Assembly: GCF_037042905.1 (NCBI RefSeq)
Contig: NC_087246.1
Coordinates: forward strand, 1,738,001 to 1,802,000
Reading direction: 5' to 3'
Length of the DNA: 64,000 nt
Origin: Lytechinus pictus
Lineage: Eukaryota
Shown here piece by piece: positions 26,568-41,800 of the stretch; position 1 is the stretch's first letter, and every line of letters starts with the position of its first letter. Made by a program: the position numbers and the translations under genes. Below the pieces are notes generated by a model. That model saw only the letters and a program-made list of their open reading frames with translations. It was not told the origin of the DNA and ran no database searches.

Positions 26568-29500
26568 TGATGGATTAAGAGGTGACAGGTAAATAAAGGA
26601 TCCAGATTGATAGACAGGACATACATTTTATCAAATATAGTAAGAAAATAGGGAATTAAAAAGATGTAAATATATTTTGATTTGATAGATAAAAAAAAGA
26701 AGAAAAAAAGATGGGTTAAAAAGAAAAATGTGACCCCCACCCCAAGGACAAGGGAAATGGATGGGGGTGGGGTGAATGGATACTAGTATATAGGTTATAA
26801 TGGGATGAAGGAGGAGGTTTAGGAATAGGTGGAGGAGAAAGAATCACTGATAATGAGATTTGGACTGTACATGTAGATTACTGTATGAAGAGTTAAATAG
26901 GATTGTTATCAAATTAAGATGGAGACGGGGTTGACTGGGGGAGGGGGACGGTGATGGGAAGAGAAATCAACACAGATAGCTTAATAGTGACAATAATTAG
27001 GACTATTAGATGGTAGATGGTTAAAAGTGAAATTGTAGTTTGAGAGTAGAGATGACCTACATCGGTCTACATGAGGATGTATTGATACTTGACCAACTTT
27101 ACCTAGTCTTCTCACACAGCCACAAACTCATCAAACTAAACTAAATCACTTTCAGCATAAAATCTGTTTTGATGTTTGCTGGATGTTTGAATGTGGTAAA
27201 ATATTCATTTTCACTTCATGCACGAAAATGTGAACTTTACAAGAAATTATTTGATCATAGTTAATGGTTATAACTGAGAATTGTTTTGGTTGAGTGGCTG
27301 GTCTAGTTCAGAATAATCACATTTGAATAGGGTCAGAACAGTTTCATAATAGACTTACCACACCTATACTAGTAACAGACTAGTCTTTGAAGGTTAAACC
27401 CCCCTTCCTCTTCTTGTCTCTAGTGATAACAGACTACTCCTCTCTTGCATCTGTCTCTATCGTTTCTTCCACTTCCATCCCGTTCTCTCGGATCGCATCA
27501 CTTCTAAAGAGAAATTAAGACTTTTGTGGTTTTTGGAGGAGTTATAGAAGAGGATACATATCCTGGTGTTTCAAGAAGAAGTCAGATATTTTGAGTACTT
27601 TGTTTGTTTTATCATCATTATCAAAGCCCAAGCCTAAAAGCTCTTCTGCTCTCCATTATAGCCTGGTAGTAAAAGGATTTACTTCATTTTATATTCTTGT
27701 GTTAGACTATCAGTGGAGATACTCATTAGAAGGTATGTTATTACATCTTAACCGATCAGTTGCTCCGTGGTCATATGAGATGATATTTTATTCTTATTGA
27801 TATCATTTAAGTTCAGATCATTTTGATATAATCTATATCAATTATTCCTTAGCTTGATATAATTCTTATGAATCCATGTACTTGAAAATGTTGAGATTTA
27901 GTCATTAATTTCTGTTTATTATGGGGAGTAATCGGAAACCAACATGATGACAGTATGAATGTTTGACATTAATGCCTAACAGTCATTAGTAATGCTATTG
28001 CAAATTTATTTCTTTGTTGTGTTATCTTGTTAGTCTTTCTATAAACCAAGTTATTGTGTATCTGCCATTATTTCTGTATTCTTAACTATCAAAGTGACAT
28101 TAAACAAAGAAGGGGGGGGGGTGTAACAAGACCTCCACATCACCCCATCTTCTGAGTTGTGATTAGCTGTGATGGTAATTTCTTTTGATTTCTAAAAATC
28201 TGGATTGCCTTTTATAAGGGAAATAGGCATTAATTCCCACATTTCAGACCTTCCAATTTGAATTTTCAATTGCACCAGAAAAATAGGTCAGACTGATATA
28301 GGAGACAGAGACATTGATTTTTGAAAGCTAATAAAAAGATAATTGTGTATTTTATTGTCCTTCTGAGTAATTATATCAGCATATTGAATTAACTGACCTA
28401 TTTCTTTTCAATGTCGTATTCATTCTTGCAATTCTTACAATTTAAAAAGTCAAGTGTACATTCATAATCTTCAAGCGATGGTAAAGTGAATATTGGCAAT
28501 CCAGAATTGAAAATGAAGTGATTAAATTGATTTCTTTATTTGACAGTAGGGGGGGGGCTGACCATGCAAAAAATCACAATCAGATGGTCGTTCTGATGTT
28601 TTCGAACACTTTTTTTAATGTGGGGAAGGGGGATTGCTGGCCCCATTTTCGCGGCCCCCAACTTTATTATGTTCAATCTGGAGAACTCTGTTTCATCCCA
28701 AGCTCTATATTTTTTAGTACATTTATACATTTCTGTATAAAAAAGGAGAAAATTATTATTAATTTGGAATAAAATTCTAAGATACATGTAAAAGCAAACA
28801 GATGTGAATAATATGATCAGAGTTAGGAATCTAATGAGCCAATTTTTGGAGTTTGATTTGAGGATAAGAAACCTAGAGTAGAGTTGAAGAGTTGAATGGT
28901 TGCTATGGAAACACTCAGCCATGCATCCTTGATAGGTCTGTAACGTGGATACTTTACATAGTTGGCTTTTAGATGACATACTTAACATTCTTTAAAAGTA
29001 CATCATGAGAATTACTGGCACATTATGTAGGTCAACCATCATTGAAATAAAAAACTTTTTTTTAATCTTGCTGTTTAAAAGCCTTTAAATTAAATAGATC
29101 TCTATTTAATGCTATAATTTGAGCTAAGTTTTCGTTTAAAGGGATTGGTAAATATTTTAGATTAAAATTTGTCATTCTCTTTCCTAAATATAATATGAAC
29201 ACATGACTTATAGTTTGAGAATAATATACCGTAAGTCTAATGATTTAATATCCATGTGATGTACTGTATGTTTGAATAGGAACATATCTTGGTCATTATT
29301 TGACAATGATATTATTCTGCGATTCTGTTTAACTCCAGTTCTTGTTACAGCTTTTACAATTTCCTTGTTATTTTATTTAAAAAATAAAACTAATTTAGTT
29401 ACTTTTAATAGGGATTAACATTTGAGTCATAATTTGAAATGACCAATCATAAAGTCTCACCAATACCAATGGTAATTTGTAAATAGTGAAATTTAGATCT

Positions 29501-30824
29501 CAGATTAATATTTGAAAATGATACAATAACAGCGATTTTCTCTTAACTCAATGGTCACAAAATATTCACAAAATTACTGTTTGTAAACCTTTTTGATGCA
29601 TTTCATTCCACTTTGTTGTTGGTTTTAGGGTTTTAGAGTTGTATTACCATGCTAATCATATCTCTTTTTTATTAAAATAAATTAAATTGTTTATTTTCAA
29701 TGTCTTTAAATAACAGGATTATTGTTTATTTTAATAATGTTATCATTATTTGTCACATGGGATTCCTCTTTTTCATTTCAAATTTAATAATGTGATGATA
29801 TTGATGAAAACATTGATGGGATCATTCCCTTACATCCTTTTGGAGGCTAATCAGAATTTTATCTCATTTTTGTATTGGTAAAAATTATTATGTACCTAAA
29901 TGAAAAGATGAATAAATAAACTTTAAAAAAAAATGAATAAATGAATAATGAATCCTGAATAAATTAGGAAGTGAACAAATGGTTTAATAGATAAATTGAT
30001 AAAGGCATGATACAATAAGATTCAGATTTCAATTTGTTATATTGAACAGAATACATTCAAGGCATACAAAACATGAAATGATGAATATGAAACATAAACA
30101 TTACATGTAAGTTGAAAGGTCAATAAATGAATGGTAGCCTTTAAATGAAATGGGGAAAATGATAAAGTTGAAATCATGGAAGAATGAGAAATGATAAAAT
30201 ATAAAATAAAATCAATGAAACAAAGCAGTGAAATTAAGATGAAAATATACATTTGGATTCATTTATTTTGAAATAGGAAATACAGATATAAATATGTAAT
30301 GAGATGTACCTGTAACTTTTAATTAATTCGTATTTTACCTGTCAAGTGGGTGTGCTCTGAAATATGACCCTGCGCTATAGTATCCCCTTCATTAGGATGC
30401 TGTACTATTGTCTGCAGTGATTCATAATAGCGCACAGGTTACATCAACATTACATTATAGGACCGCCAATAAATATGTTATGTATACAGTCAGTGATATT
30501 GAATCTGTTTTATAGGGATTTACATGTAGTTCAGTTTGTGTTGGAATGTTATTCAAATTTTTATCAAAAGCATGGGAGTGATGGTATGCAGATTATTTTA
30601 TTCATTCTAAGGAACCAAACTAGTGAATGATTTCATAGGGCAGGTTTATTTGAAATTGATTTGCTTTTGAGAGGGAGATTAATATTCAATGCATTACCAT
30701 GGTCATAAACATTATTTTTCATGAAATTATTTACCTCTCATTATTGATAAGATTATTTATTGATTTTGCAATGTTCATTCATGCCATCATTTACAATTGC
30801 ATGTGCTACTGGTCAGAAATGGTG

Positions 30825-31140
30825 ACCCCCTCACCCCTCCCCCCTCCCCAATGCATCTATCACAATAGTGAACCATCCCCCCTCCAAGGTGCATCTGTCA
30901 CAATAGTTCAACAAACTCCCCTTTCTCAGTGCAACTATTACAAAAGATGAACCAGTCAGACCCCCCCCCCTCGATGCATCTATCGCTATGGTTTAACAAG
31001 TTAGAGAAGACCCCTCCCTGGTGCATCACAATAGTTCAACCAATCATTGACCCCCCTCCCTTCCCTGGTGCATCTATCACGATGGTTCCGGTCAGAGAAG
31101 ACCCCCCCCCTCCCCCTTCGCATCTATCTCAATAGTTTAA
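30825..31140. repeat. Degenerate minisatellite (C-run plus gcatctatcacaatagtt)
   Basis: About 6-8 diverged units of roughly 35-45 bp. Confidence 0.65.
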
Positions 31141-31749
31141 CCAGTGAGAGAATCGTCCAGTTCATTGACGTCAATCTTGACATCATAACATTCTTAGTAT
31201 CATTGGTAGAGATGATAGGTGTGGAGCCCAAGGTGCTAGCTAGGCTGGACGCATGTGGTATGAGGTGTGAGCTGTAATAATGGGTCTCTCTTTTATAATT
31301 CAACTCATAATATGGCCACATTTTCATCAAATTGGATCACCATTGGATCACCATTAAGTGTATGCAGTTGGTTGCATCATATCTACCAATAGTAACTGTT
31401 TTCTACCTTACTATCCAAAGTAAATAATAAACAGCAAACAAGCCAATAACACTTTCAATATTGTCTCCAGTGTGTTGAATTTAGGCATTATCCTAACTCT
31501 AGGATAAATCTTTTGGAAAGGTGTTTTTAAGTTTACATCAAGGCAATTATCATGAGTTAACTGTAGAAATAAAATGGACATATTTCCAGTACAACTATAG
31601 ATTTTACTTTTATACTTTATAAAAGAATAGGTATAACTTTTATTTGAGTTATTATGTAAAAGTGATATTTTTCCTTCTATACCTTTTGACTACAAGTCTC
31701 TAATACTTCTATTGGCTTCTACATAATATCTTAATAACGTTGTAATATT

Positions 31750-31851
31750 ACCCTTATTCATTTTGACATGCCAAGAGCCTAGCTAGACAGTACAAGTCTC
31801 ATTTTGTAAGTCTTTGACATGATTTGGATGGGGATTGAACCAACAACCCCT
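31750..31851 (-). mobile_element. tRNA-derived SINE remnant
   Basis: The minus strand has a B-box-like GGTTCAATCC followed by a short body (catgtcaaagacttacaaaatgagacttg...). Confidence 0.35.
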
Positions 31852-33716
31852 TTCTCATGATTGAAACCAACAGATTCAACCAAACAACTCATTCAGTTCA
31901 AAAGTAGATAATTATTTTCAGGTGACAAATCTTTGAAGGAAAGGAATCAAAATTTAAGTTCATTGATTCTTATATTTTGTATCTTGACAAAATCAATGGG
32001 TGTGAATTCGTTCTATACCCATCACCATTCCAAACATGTAATATGTTTATTCATCCAATACAGGCAGAAATATGTTCCTTGACTTTCTTTTACTTTTCTT
32101 TCTTGTTCCTTGGTAAATACCTGTAGTTCCTTTCATCTGTTATCATGATTAGATATGAACGAACCATTGATAACCATTATATCAATTTAGCCATCTAGTG
32201 GAATGTTGTTTAGTCACATGACATTGACTATGACAGAGTGTTATGCATTCAGCGGTAGAAGGACATCCAGTCTAAGTAAGGGCGTATATTAGTTAACATC
32301 ATTTTACCTCTAAGCTTTTGGATGTGATGCCTGTCATCATCTGCTATGAAGATAAGACCTTTTAGCATCATTTGAATTCCTCAATGTGCTGTTCTCTTCC
32401 AAGTACTGAATGCGTTGTTCACATGTGTTGGCAGTATTGCTGAATTCCATGAATATTAGGAGTGATAGAAGCATGAATATCTCAATTAATGCAGAATTGA
32501 GAGGGGACCCACCTCTGATTTGGATGGTTAATATGCCTTGCCTACCGAGACCAAGCAACTTATCAGTCCCCCTCCCCCTATAAATATTGAGGAGTTAAAG
32601 GGGGGGGGGGGGAGGAGGGAGTTCCAAAAATGGAGAAAGGGGGAAGAAAGAGTATTGGTAGAAGAGGGGCTGGTCTAGAATTATTTGATACCTCTAAAAG
32701 TCACGTTGCGTCACGATGCTCTACACGTATGTCACGAATTTGGTCTAAAAATGTGCGCGAGACTTGAAAGAAAAAATTCATAAAATTTTGCGGCGCTATC
32801 TTTTTGCATTTCAGAAATATAGCGCAAAGCGTCGAGGGCTTTTTAGGGTTAAGTCATTATCCTCCCTCTATCAGAAAACCTGTGCACTGCTCTTCCCAGC
32901 CATACTCTACTCTTGTAATTATTTGATTGTTAATTTCTTTTAATGGTACTCATTAATCTTAAGAGAATTATTAAACTATTATATTTAGGTAAGCATGTTT
33001 TGATTTTAGATAATAATCTGATTGATAATACTGCTATGTTTACTTATGTCAGTAAACTTTACCTGAAATGAAAATGGTCAAGTTAAGCTATCACAAATTA
33101 TACTGGTTGATAACTAGTTTATTACTTAGGTTCTGGTCCCTGGTCTAGGTGTATCAGTGTGAATATGCTAGATCCACCCACACACTCATGAAAGAAGCTA
33201 TACATTCTTTGATTCTTATGATAACAGCATTGAGTGCATGGTCTAAAGATCAGCTGTTTTATCTGAGAGACGCAACTACCATATTTCCCTAGGCCTAGAT
33301 GTACTTGTGCATAGCTAAGGATCAGAGATGTGAATTTTACCTTTCTCCTTCCATTGGAATGCAGTCAACAAGCTTGTCTGTCATAGCTATGAATATAACA
33401 TAAGGGAATTGCTAACATGTCAATGGTGGTGGTTTAGTTTGAGTTTATATGTATCATATATACAAGTAAATAAGCCGTTTTGTAAAATTTACAATTTGTG
33501 CATGAGCAGAATAATGTCCTAATAGAATAACTTTGTTGTCCATAAAGGAAAAGAAACTGTAATAGTGCTTTTTTAAATCACTGAGATGAGCATGATTTAT
33601 GTTATTTTATAATATGATTTTTATCCCATTCAAAGAATATCAACAAAGTGTTCTTTCATGTTTAGCATTTGACAATGAGTCGATGATAGCCAAATAGTTT
33701 AAAGCCGACAGTGTAA

Positions 33717-34091
33717 AGTCTGTCTCGCACTATGCGATTTTCTTTGATCTGAATTTCAAATTAATTGTGATAACATTTGATATGGATATTCTAACTAATA
33801 AAATATTACAGATCAGAGTTCAAAATAGTGGTATGACTACTGAAATTGAAATTCAGTCCAGTTAGAGCATCCCTGAATGAATAAAAACAAAATCAATTCC
33901 AAATCGTAATGATGTCATCATCGGCTGCGACTTGAAGCCGATTTGGACTTTATTCCGACCATAGGATTTACCGCAAAGTAAAAATATGATTTTAGTTTTC
34001 CTTACAATATGCCAAACTTTAAATAAAATAATTTACTTCTTGGAATTTTCTTATTTCATGCAAAATGCGATTTCATAGTGTGAGACAGGCT
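33717..34091. mobile_element. PIF/Harbinger-like MITE
   Basis: TIRs agtctgtctcgcactatg / catagtgtgagacaggct; TAA on both flanks. Confidence 0.7.
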
Positions 34092-34686
34092 TAATAGAAC
34101 TTAGCTTTCCTAATTGTAAATCAATGTAGCTTACAAGTTGTGTAACCTGGTCTATGCACTGGATACCGTGCAAGCTTGATAGCATCATGTATTGAGTTGT
34201 TTCATATCTTATGAGGATGAGGGAGATTTGTCTATGCATGGATAAATAAATTATCTAGAACTACTACAAATGGGTGTATAAACCAGACTCAATGCTGAGA
34301 GAATATTACTGTTAAGCAACTAAATAAGCAGCAGTAGTTTACTTGGAAAGTTGCGGTACTCTGCTATTCTACTTTTGGGTAAATATGTATGGTTAAGGAA
34401 AAGTGCTACATATTGTTGCAAATAATATTTAGAATCTTGAAATAATGGACCTTGTGAAATGAATGCAGTCCCGAGCTTAATCCTGGGAGTGTGTCACAAA
34501 TATTTAAGTCTGACAAAAAGTTGTACTTTTCCCAATTGCACATCACAACACATCACTGTAGTGGTCAGGTATATCCATCATTCAGATTATGCGTTAAATA
34601 AAATGCTTGCATCATTTAAACATGACTCTTAATTCACATTTAACTCTTTGTAATATAATCCTCTAGTCAGGTTAACCTAGAGACCA

Positions 34687-34949
34687 AGGTCTGTCTTACA
34701 GAAAGTTACGATTGATCCAACCAATTTGACTCTATGGAAATCCATCAGTGTCATAATTTTTGCTACAGGAAATTTGCAAAATTTCCTTTGTAAACAAAGA
34801 GAAACACATTGAATTTCAAGAAAACAATGAATGTATAAATAACCTATACATACAAAGAATAATGAATAAACATGCATTTTAGATGTTGACGTTGCTGGCT
34901 TTCCATAGTTGTTGATCAAATCAATCACAATACTTTGTAAGACGGGGCC
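34687..34949. mobile_element. MITE (Harbinger-like)
   Basis: Imperfect TIRs gtcttacagaaagttacgattgat / atcaatcacaatactttgtaagac. Confidence 0.55.
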
Positions 34950-35669
34950 AAGATTTGTTGGTGTCACATGAATAATAGATTGTGGCGCAAACATACCTGT
35001 GTGGTTCATTGATTTCAACTTTTATTAACTTGAACACATTCAGAAACAGCTAAGGTGATATTATCTGGGGTACTATACTCCACTTAACCATATTACCTTT
35101 ATATGACAGCATTGGTTAGAATGAAAGGCCCCTAGACATCTGTACCATCTCTGTATGATGTCTGCAATCCCCCTCTGGGCTTTCATGGCAGCTATCGTTA
35201 AACTAAATGCAAGGGTTTAATTGCACAGACAGAATCCTCAGAAAGCAGTGTAAATATCAATAGTCAAGGTCCAATTGTATTGACCAATACCACTTCCTTG
35301 ATATGGGTGGAGAGTATAGTGAAATATTTCTCAAAATTATAGTGAAAGGGTGTCTTGGGGACCAGAATAGCCAGACTATTTTGGTGCTGCTTTTAAAGTC
35401 TACACTGTATGCACATTTGATCACATCTAAAATGGTGAGGACTCTATGATCAAAGGTCACTACCTATATACACATCTAATTGAACATCAAAGTTTTGTGC
35501 TTTATCATCAATGTTAACATGATACTGATTCAGACTATGCCTTTATAAAAACAAGTCCAGAATATTTCAGAAAAAGTGAACACAATATTTGTTGCCGGTT
35601 ACCCGCTGTTTTTGGGTGAATAAATAAAAGCAAAAAGAAAAAGGGTAACTACGGTAACCCTATTTATGA

Positions 35670-35794
35670 AATTAAGGAGATGTTTTAAAAGTATTTCAGT
35701 GAATTTAAGGAGATGTGTTGAAAGTATTTCAGTGAATTCAAGGTGTGATGAAAGTATTTCAGTGAATTTAAGGAGATGTTGATAAATATTTCAG
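35670..35794. repeat. About 31-bp tandem repeat, around 4 diverged copies
   Basis: Unit approximately aatttaaggagatgtgttgaaagtatttcagtg. Confidence 0.7.
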
Positions 35795-36971
35795 TTATTA
35801 ATGTCCAATATTTATACTGATGGATGAAATACATGATATTTCTCCTACACAGTTTCTCTCACATCACACCTAGATTTGAGTAGTGGATTGACCCAGCACA
35901 TAATGCATGGGAACTGCATGATCATTTGGTGTAAAAAACATAATCAATGATACTGATTATTCTGCTATTTAATGTCAGTTTATAGATCAGAAAATTCAAC
36001 CAGCTACTATTTGATCTAGATTATTAATGTACATACTTTAACAAAGATTGGTATGACTGAAATCAGATTTAATTTCTGTGTTATTTAAGCTTCACTTTCA
36101 TCAACATATATATTTATGAGTTAGCCTATTATATTTCTTCAATATTCTCTTTGTTTAAAAAAAGTATACATGTTTGTGATTGATTCTAAGTTGTAAATCA
36201 TCCCACATTTGAGTATGAATGGAAACACTTATTCATCGGCATACAAAACCCTTGATTGATTGATTGACAGTATTTATCCACTTATATTATTAAAGCCATT
36301 AAAAATGGGGGGAAAATCCATTGCATAAATTGTTAGACATTCATATAAGACCTGTTATTATGTACAGAAATTGTTTCAATCGGCTTTTGTTATATTTATT
36401 ATACAAAATATTGTTTTTCCCGAGGATGAATTAGATCCATTTATAAATGTTTTAGATCAATATAGCACCTTGAAATTGTTAACTGAGTATCATGGATGTC
36501 AACAAACATATAATGACAACTTTTATTATTATCATTTATAAGATGGTTTGCTTTATTCTCAATGTGTAACAGTGACTTCCTCTTTCCAGCAACAAAGAAG
36601 GAAATATAGTCTTACCTCGATATTTGAAATGAACTAAAGATTTCAATTTATAATTACAATACTACCCAGGAAATTATTCAATTTTGTAATACTCTTTGAA
36701 ATTAAAACCAGTTCTTTTGATCTAGAAAAGAAATGTGCGTATACTTTGTGTATTAATAAATTGTTTTTCATTCGGTTTATAACAATACATTTATTTTAAA
36801 AGCCTATCATTGACCTTTGCCCTTTCAGGAACAGCTGATTTGCTTTTAAGATGAGCTATTTGAAAATCCATAATATCTTTCTGATAGTGTTTCCTGAAAT
36901 AGTAACCCTTGTTTACATTTAACAAAACTCACTGTCAAGTCATAAATAATGTCAGTACAGTATCCCCCTCC

Positions 36972-37808
36972 AAGTTTTGAGCTGATATAATACTAAGTCT
37001 ATTCACTTACAATGTCTTATAAAAGTTTTGAGCTGATATAATACTAAGTCTATTCACTTACAATGTCTTATAAAAGTTTTGAGCTGATATAATACTAAGT
37101 CTATTCACTTACAATGTCTTATAAAAGTTTTGAGCTGAAGACTCTATTCACTTACAATGTCTTATAAAAGTTTTGAGCTGATATAATACTAAGTCTATTC
37201 ACTTACAATGTCTTATAAAAGTTTTGAGCTGATATAATACTAAGTCTATTCACTTACAATGTCTTATAAAAGTTTTGAGCTGATATAATACTAAGTCTAT
37301 TCACTTACAATGTCTTATAAAAGTTTTGAGCTGATATAATACTAAGTCTATTCACTTACAATGTCTTATAAAAGTTTTGAGCTGAAGACTCTATTCACTT
37401 ACAATGTCTTATAAAAGTTTTGAGCTGATATAATACTAAGTCTATTCTCTTACAATGTCTTATAAAAGTTTTGAGCTGATATAATACTAAGTCTATTCAC
37501 TTACAATGTCTTATAAAAGTTTTGAGCTGATATAATACTAAGTCTATTCACTTACAATGTCTTGAGCTGATATAATACTAAGTCTATTCACTTACAATGT
37601 CTTGAGCTGATATAATACTAAGTCTATTCACTTACAATGTCTTGAGCTGATATAATACTAAGTCTATTCACTTACAATGTCTTGAGCTGATATAATACTA
37701 AGTCTATTCACTTACAATGTCTTGAGCTGATATAATACTAAGTCTATTCACTTACAATGTCTTGAGCTGATATAATACTAAGTCTATTCACTTACAATGT
37801 CTTATAAA
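36972..37808. repeat. Minisatellite with 51-, 43- and 40-bp unit variants
   Basis: 51-bp unit aagttttgagctgatataatactaagtctattcacttacaatgtcttataa; 43-bp variants at 37125 and 37372; six 40-bp units at 37561-37800. Confidence 0.95.
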
Positions 37809-38862
37809 ACAAATACATCAGTTTCTATGATGATTTATAAAGATCATATCATAAATATCTAGTTTATCAGAATTCTAAAAGATCTATTCTAATATTGCCT
37901 ATAACTGATAAAAGGTTAAATACCCTATGTGCAGATAATGTGATCTCTTGTAATATTGCTAAATACCTGTATATTTGATATGAATTAGTGCTAGCTGCTA
38001 TATTGTCAGTAAGTTTCTTTCAATTTCAGAACTAAACATGTTCAGCATTTCTCTTCTCAAAGTGTTAACATACTATATCCAAGCTCAGGCATAATAAATT
38101 TTAATATCTTTAGATTTCATTCAATTAAAAATTTAGCATCTCAGAAAGAAGTTAATTTTTGTCTCTAAACTATTCCCATATTAAGTTAATTCCTTAGAAT
38201 TCATGGCTAGCATGCATTCGATATCTTGAATATAAATTGGCAACACTTCGACTGAGATAAAGCATAGTTTAGCACATACTATCAAGGTTATAGTCTGTGA
38301 ACTGAGAGGCAAATACCATAGATTCCTGACATGTGGATTCTATAGGGAGTGACAAGGCGGGCATCCCCCTATCACATTAGATCTCATCTACCGAGATTAT
38401 AGTTACACCTCCTATTCCAAATAATGGTTTGACTCAAGCTAGATGTTCATACAGTTTTATGCTAAAAAAACGGTCTGCTTTGCATAATGATAAGTACAGA
38501 GTGATGAATATGAGAAATAAGTTTTGTTTTGTTTTGATGGAAATCATGTAAACCTATATTTAGCCTGAAAATAATCAAATGGCACCTTTCTCATTCCATA
38601 TGCTAACACAATCTTACATGAAATATTCTGTTGGTATTGATAATCTGTTAATTCTCTTTATATTTATGAAGTGAAGAGATTGAATATGATATATGCTTTG
38701 CATTTTGTGAATGTAGATAACACACAATGATTTGAAGCAAGTTTTAGTATAATTTTTTTAAATCTTGTAGAAATTTTGGTACTTCGTGAATCTGTATCCT
38801 TTTTCTCTATCATTGCATAATTCAAATAGAGAATTGCAAAGCTCATTATATTGTATTCAAGT

Positions 38863-41800
38863 ATGAGGCGCCGAATGTACCAATATTATATAGAACAATT
38901 ATTTGTTATATAATCATTATTTATTAAATAATAACTATTATTTATATATAATTTACATTTTATTTGTAAATAACTACTATTATATAAAATATCATTTCTA
39001 ATTATTTATATATAATTCCAAGTAATACTTCATTATTTGTAAATAATAATAGTTCGACATTCCATTATTTATAAATAATGATTATTTGTTTTTCATTATT
39101 TATAAATAATGATTATTTGTTTTTCATTATTTATAAATAATGATTATTTGTTTTTCATTATTTACAAATAATGATTATTTGTTTTTCATTATTTATAGAT
39201 AATGATTATTTGTTTTTCATTATTTATAAATAATGATTATTTGTTTTTCATTATTTACAAATAATGATTATTTGTTTTTCATTATTTATAAATAATGATT
39301 ATTTGTTTTTCATTATTTATAAATAATGATAATTGGTTTTTCATTATTTATAAATAATGATTATTTGTTTTTCATTATTTACAAATAATGATTATTTGTT
39401 TTTCATTATTTATAAATAATGATTATTTGTTTTTCATTATTTATAAATAATGATAATTGTTTTTTCATTATTTATAAATAATGATTATTTGTTTTTCATT
39501 ATTTACAAATAATGATTATTTGTTTTTCATTATTTATAAATAATGATTATTTGTTTTTCATTATTTATAAATAATTTGTTGAGTTTTCCATTATTTATAA
39601 ATAATGATTATTTGTTAAATAATGAAAACGTCTACTTCATTATTTATAAATAATTTTTTCGAGTGCACCATTATTCTCATTATTTATAAATAATCATTAT
39701 TTAATGTTCGAGTTTTCCATTATTTATAAATAAAGATTATTTGTTAAATAATGAAATATCTACTTCATTATTTATAAATAATAATTTTGTTTCAATATCC
39801 CATTAATCATTATTTATAAACAATTTTTACAGTTTGCCATTATATACAAATAATCATTATTTATATACAAATAACCATTATTTATTAAATAATGCCATTA
39901 TTTATTAAATAATGCCATTATTTATTAAATAATGCCATTATTTATTAAATAATGGAAAACTCGCTATAACATGCAAATGTGGGACCGCCCATGATATGAA
40001 TATTCATGATGCGATTTCCTTTTTCGTGATTTTTCTTCACAAATTTTTGTCCATTTCCTCTTCATAATGACATTTCTTGAAGCAATTTTCTAGGGATATG
40101 GTCTGATTGTAATATTCTTCATTTTCTATATAACTTCGTCTTCGTAGAAATATCAAAAAGTGTAATTTTATACGATTTTTCCTACAGTTCACAATCCCCA
40201 TAGGCGCGCGTGTACGGTAGGGACAACCGGTGAATCGACGGAGTGCTCTTCATCGAAATACTACGTTGGTTGGTCCCCCGAAGTGGCGGGCGGAATTTAG
40301 CCCGAATCCTCGATGGAAGTCGATCAAGTGCACATGAGCTGAGAGAGTGAAATATCAGTGTACTTGTACAGGCCCTTCTACTTTTTATAAATATTTCTTG
40401 TTGCTTTTTTTGTTAAGTTAATTTTTCCTGGTGTAGAGATAAGTTTCAGTTCTAATAATGCACTTCAAATACATTTTGGAGTGTCTGTTTGAGGCGTTTG
40501 GGGCGATTTCACCCCAAAATGCTCGCAACGACAATACGGGGGCATGATGACCCCTAAATTTTTAAAAACTTATTTTTCTATTGAAAATTATCACAAAATT
40601 CACCAAAAGTGTGCACGAAAGCCTTCGTATTTCACTTTTAAAACTCCAAAAAGTGCCCAAATGACAAGCTTGGTCGCTTCGCTGTGTCGCTTCGCTGTGT
40701 CGCTTTCAACTTGAGAACGTTTATGCGTCTGCTTCCCCCCCCCCCCTCCTCCGAAAGAAATTATGTATACGGCCATGCTCTAAAGAGCCTGGCACATTGA
40801 TTTATGTATACTTCATTTTCATTATTTTTATCTCATTATCATCATGGCCTTACGCAGAATTTTTTCCGGGGGGGGGGGTGGGGGGAGCAGGACGCGCGTA
40901 AACTTTCTCATAAAAATCTTGAAAAAGCGAAGCGACCAAGCTTGTCATTTGAGCTTGGTCGCGTCGCTGTCTCGCTTTCAAGATTTTTTTTGAGAAACTT
41001 TACGCGTGTCCTAGCTGCTCCCCCCCCCCCCCCCCCGGTAAAAATTCTATGTAAGGCCATGATGATAATGTGATAAAAATAATGAAAATGAAAAGTACAT
41101 ATAAATCAATGTGCCATATGCTCTTTTGAGCATGGCCGTTCACAGAATTTCTTTCGGGGGGTGGGGGCAGACGCGCGTAAACGTTCTCAAGTTGAAAGCG
41201 AGACAGCGAAGCGACCAAGCTTGTCATTTGGGCTTGGTCCCGTGGCTGTCTCGCTTTCAAGATTTTTTTGAGAAAGTTTACGCGCGTCATGCTCCGGCCC
41301 CCCTGGAAAAAATTCTGCGTAAGGCCATGTTGATAATGAGATAAAAATAATGAAAATGAAAGTATACATAAATCAATGTGCCAGGCTCTTTAGAGCATGG
41401 CCGTATACAGAATTTCTTTCGGAGGAGGGGGGGGGGGGGGATATATCGAAGCAGACGCGTAAACGTTTTCAAGTTGAATGCGACACAGCGAAGCGACCAA
41501 GCTTGTCATTTGGGCACTTTTTGGAGTTTTAAAAGTGAAATACGAAGGCTTTCGTGCACACTTTTGGTGAATTTTGAGATAATTTTCAATAGAAAAATAA
41601 GTTTTTAAAAATTAGGGGTCAGATCATGCCCCCGTATTGTCGTTGCGAGCATTTTGGGGTGAAATCGCCCCAAACGCCTCAAACAGACACTCCAAAATGT
41701 ATTTGAAGTGCATTATTAGAACTGAAACTTATCTCTACACCAGGAAAAATTAACTTAACAAAAAAAGCAACAAGAAATATTTATAAAAAGTAGAAGGGCC

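Noticed and set aside
36972..37808. CRISPR-like array
   Set aside because: The units are head-to-tail with no unique spacers, there are no cas genes, and the context is a eukaryotic intron.
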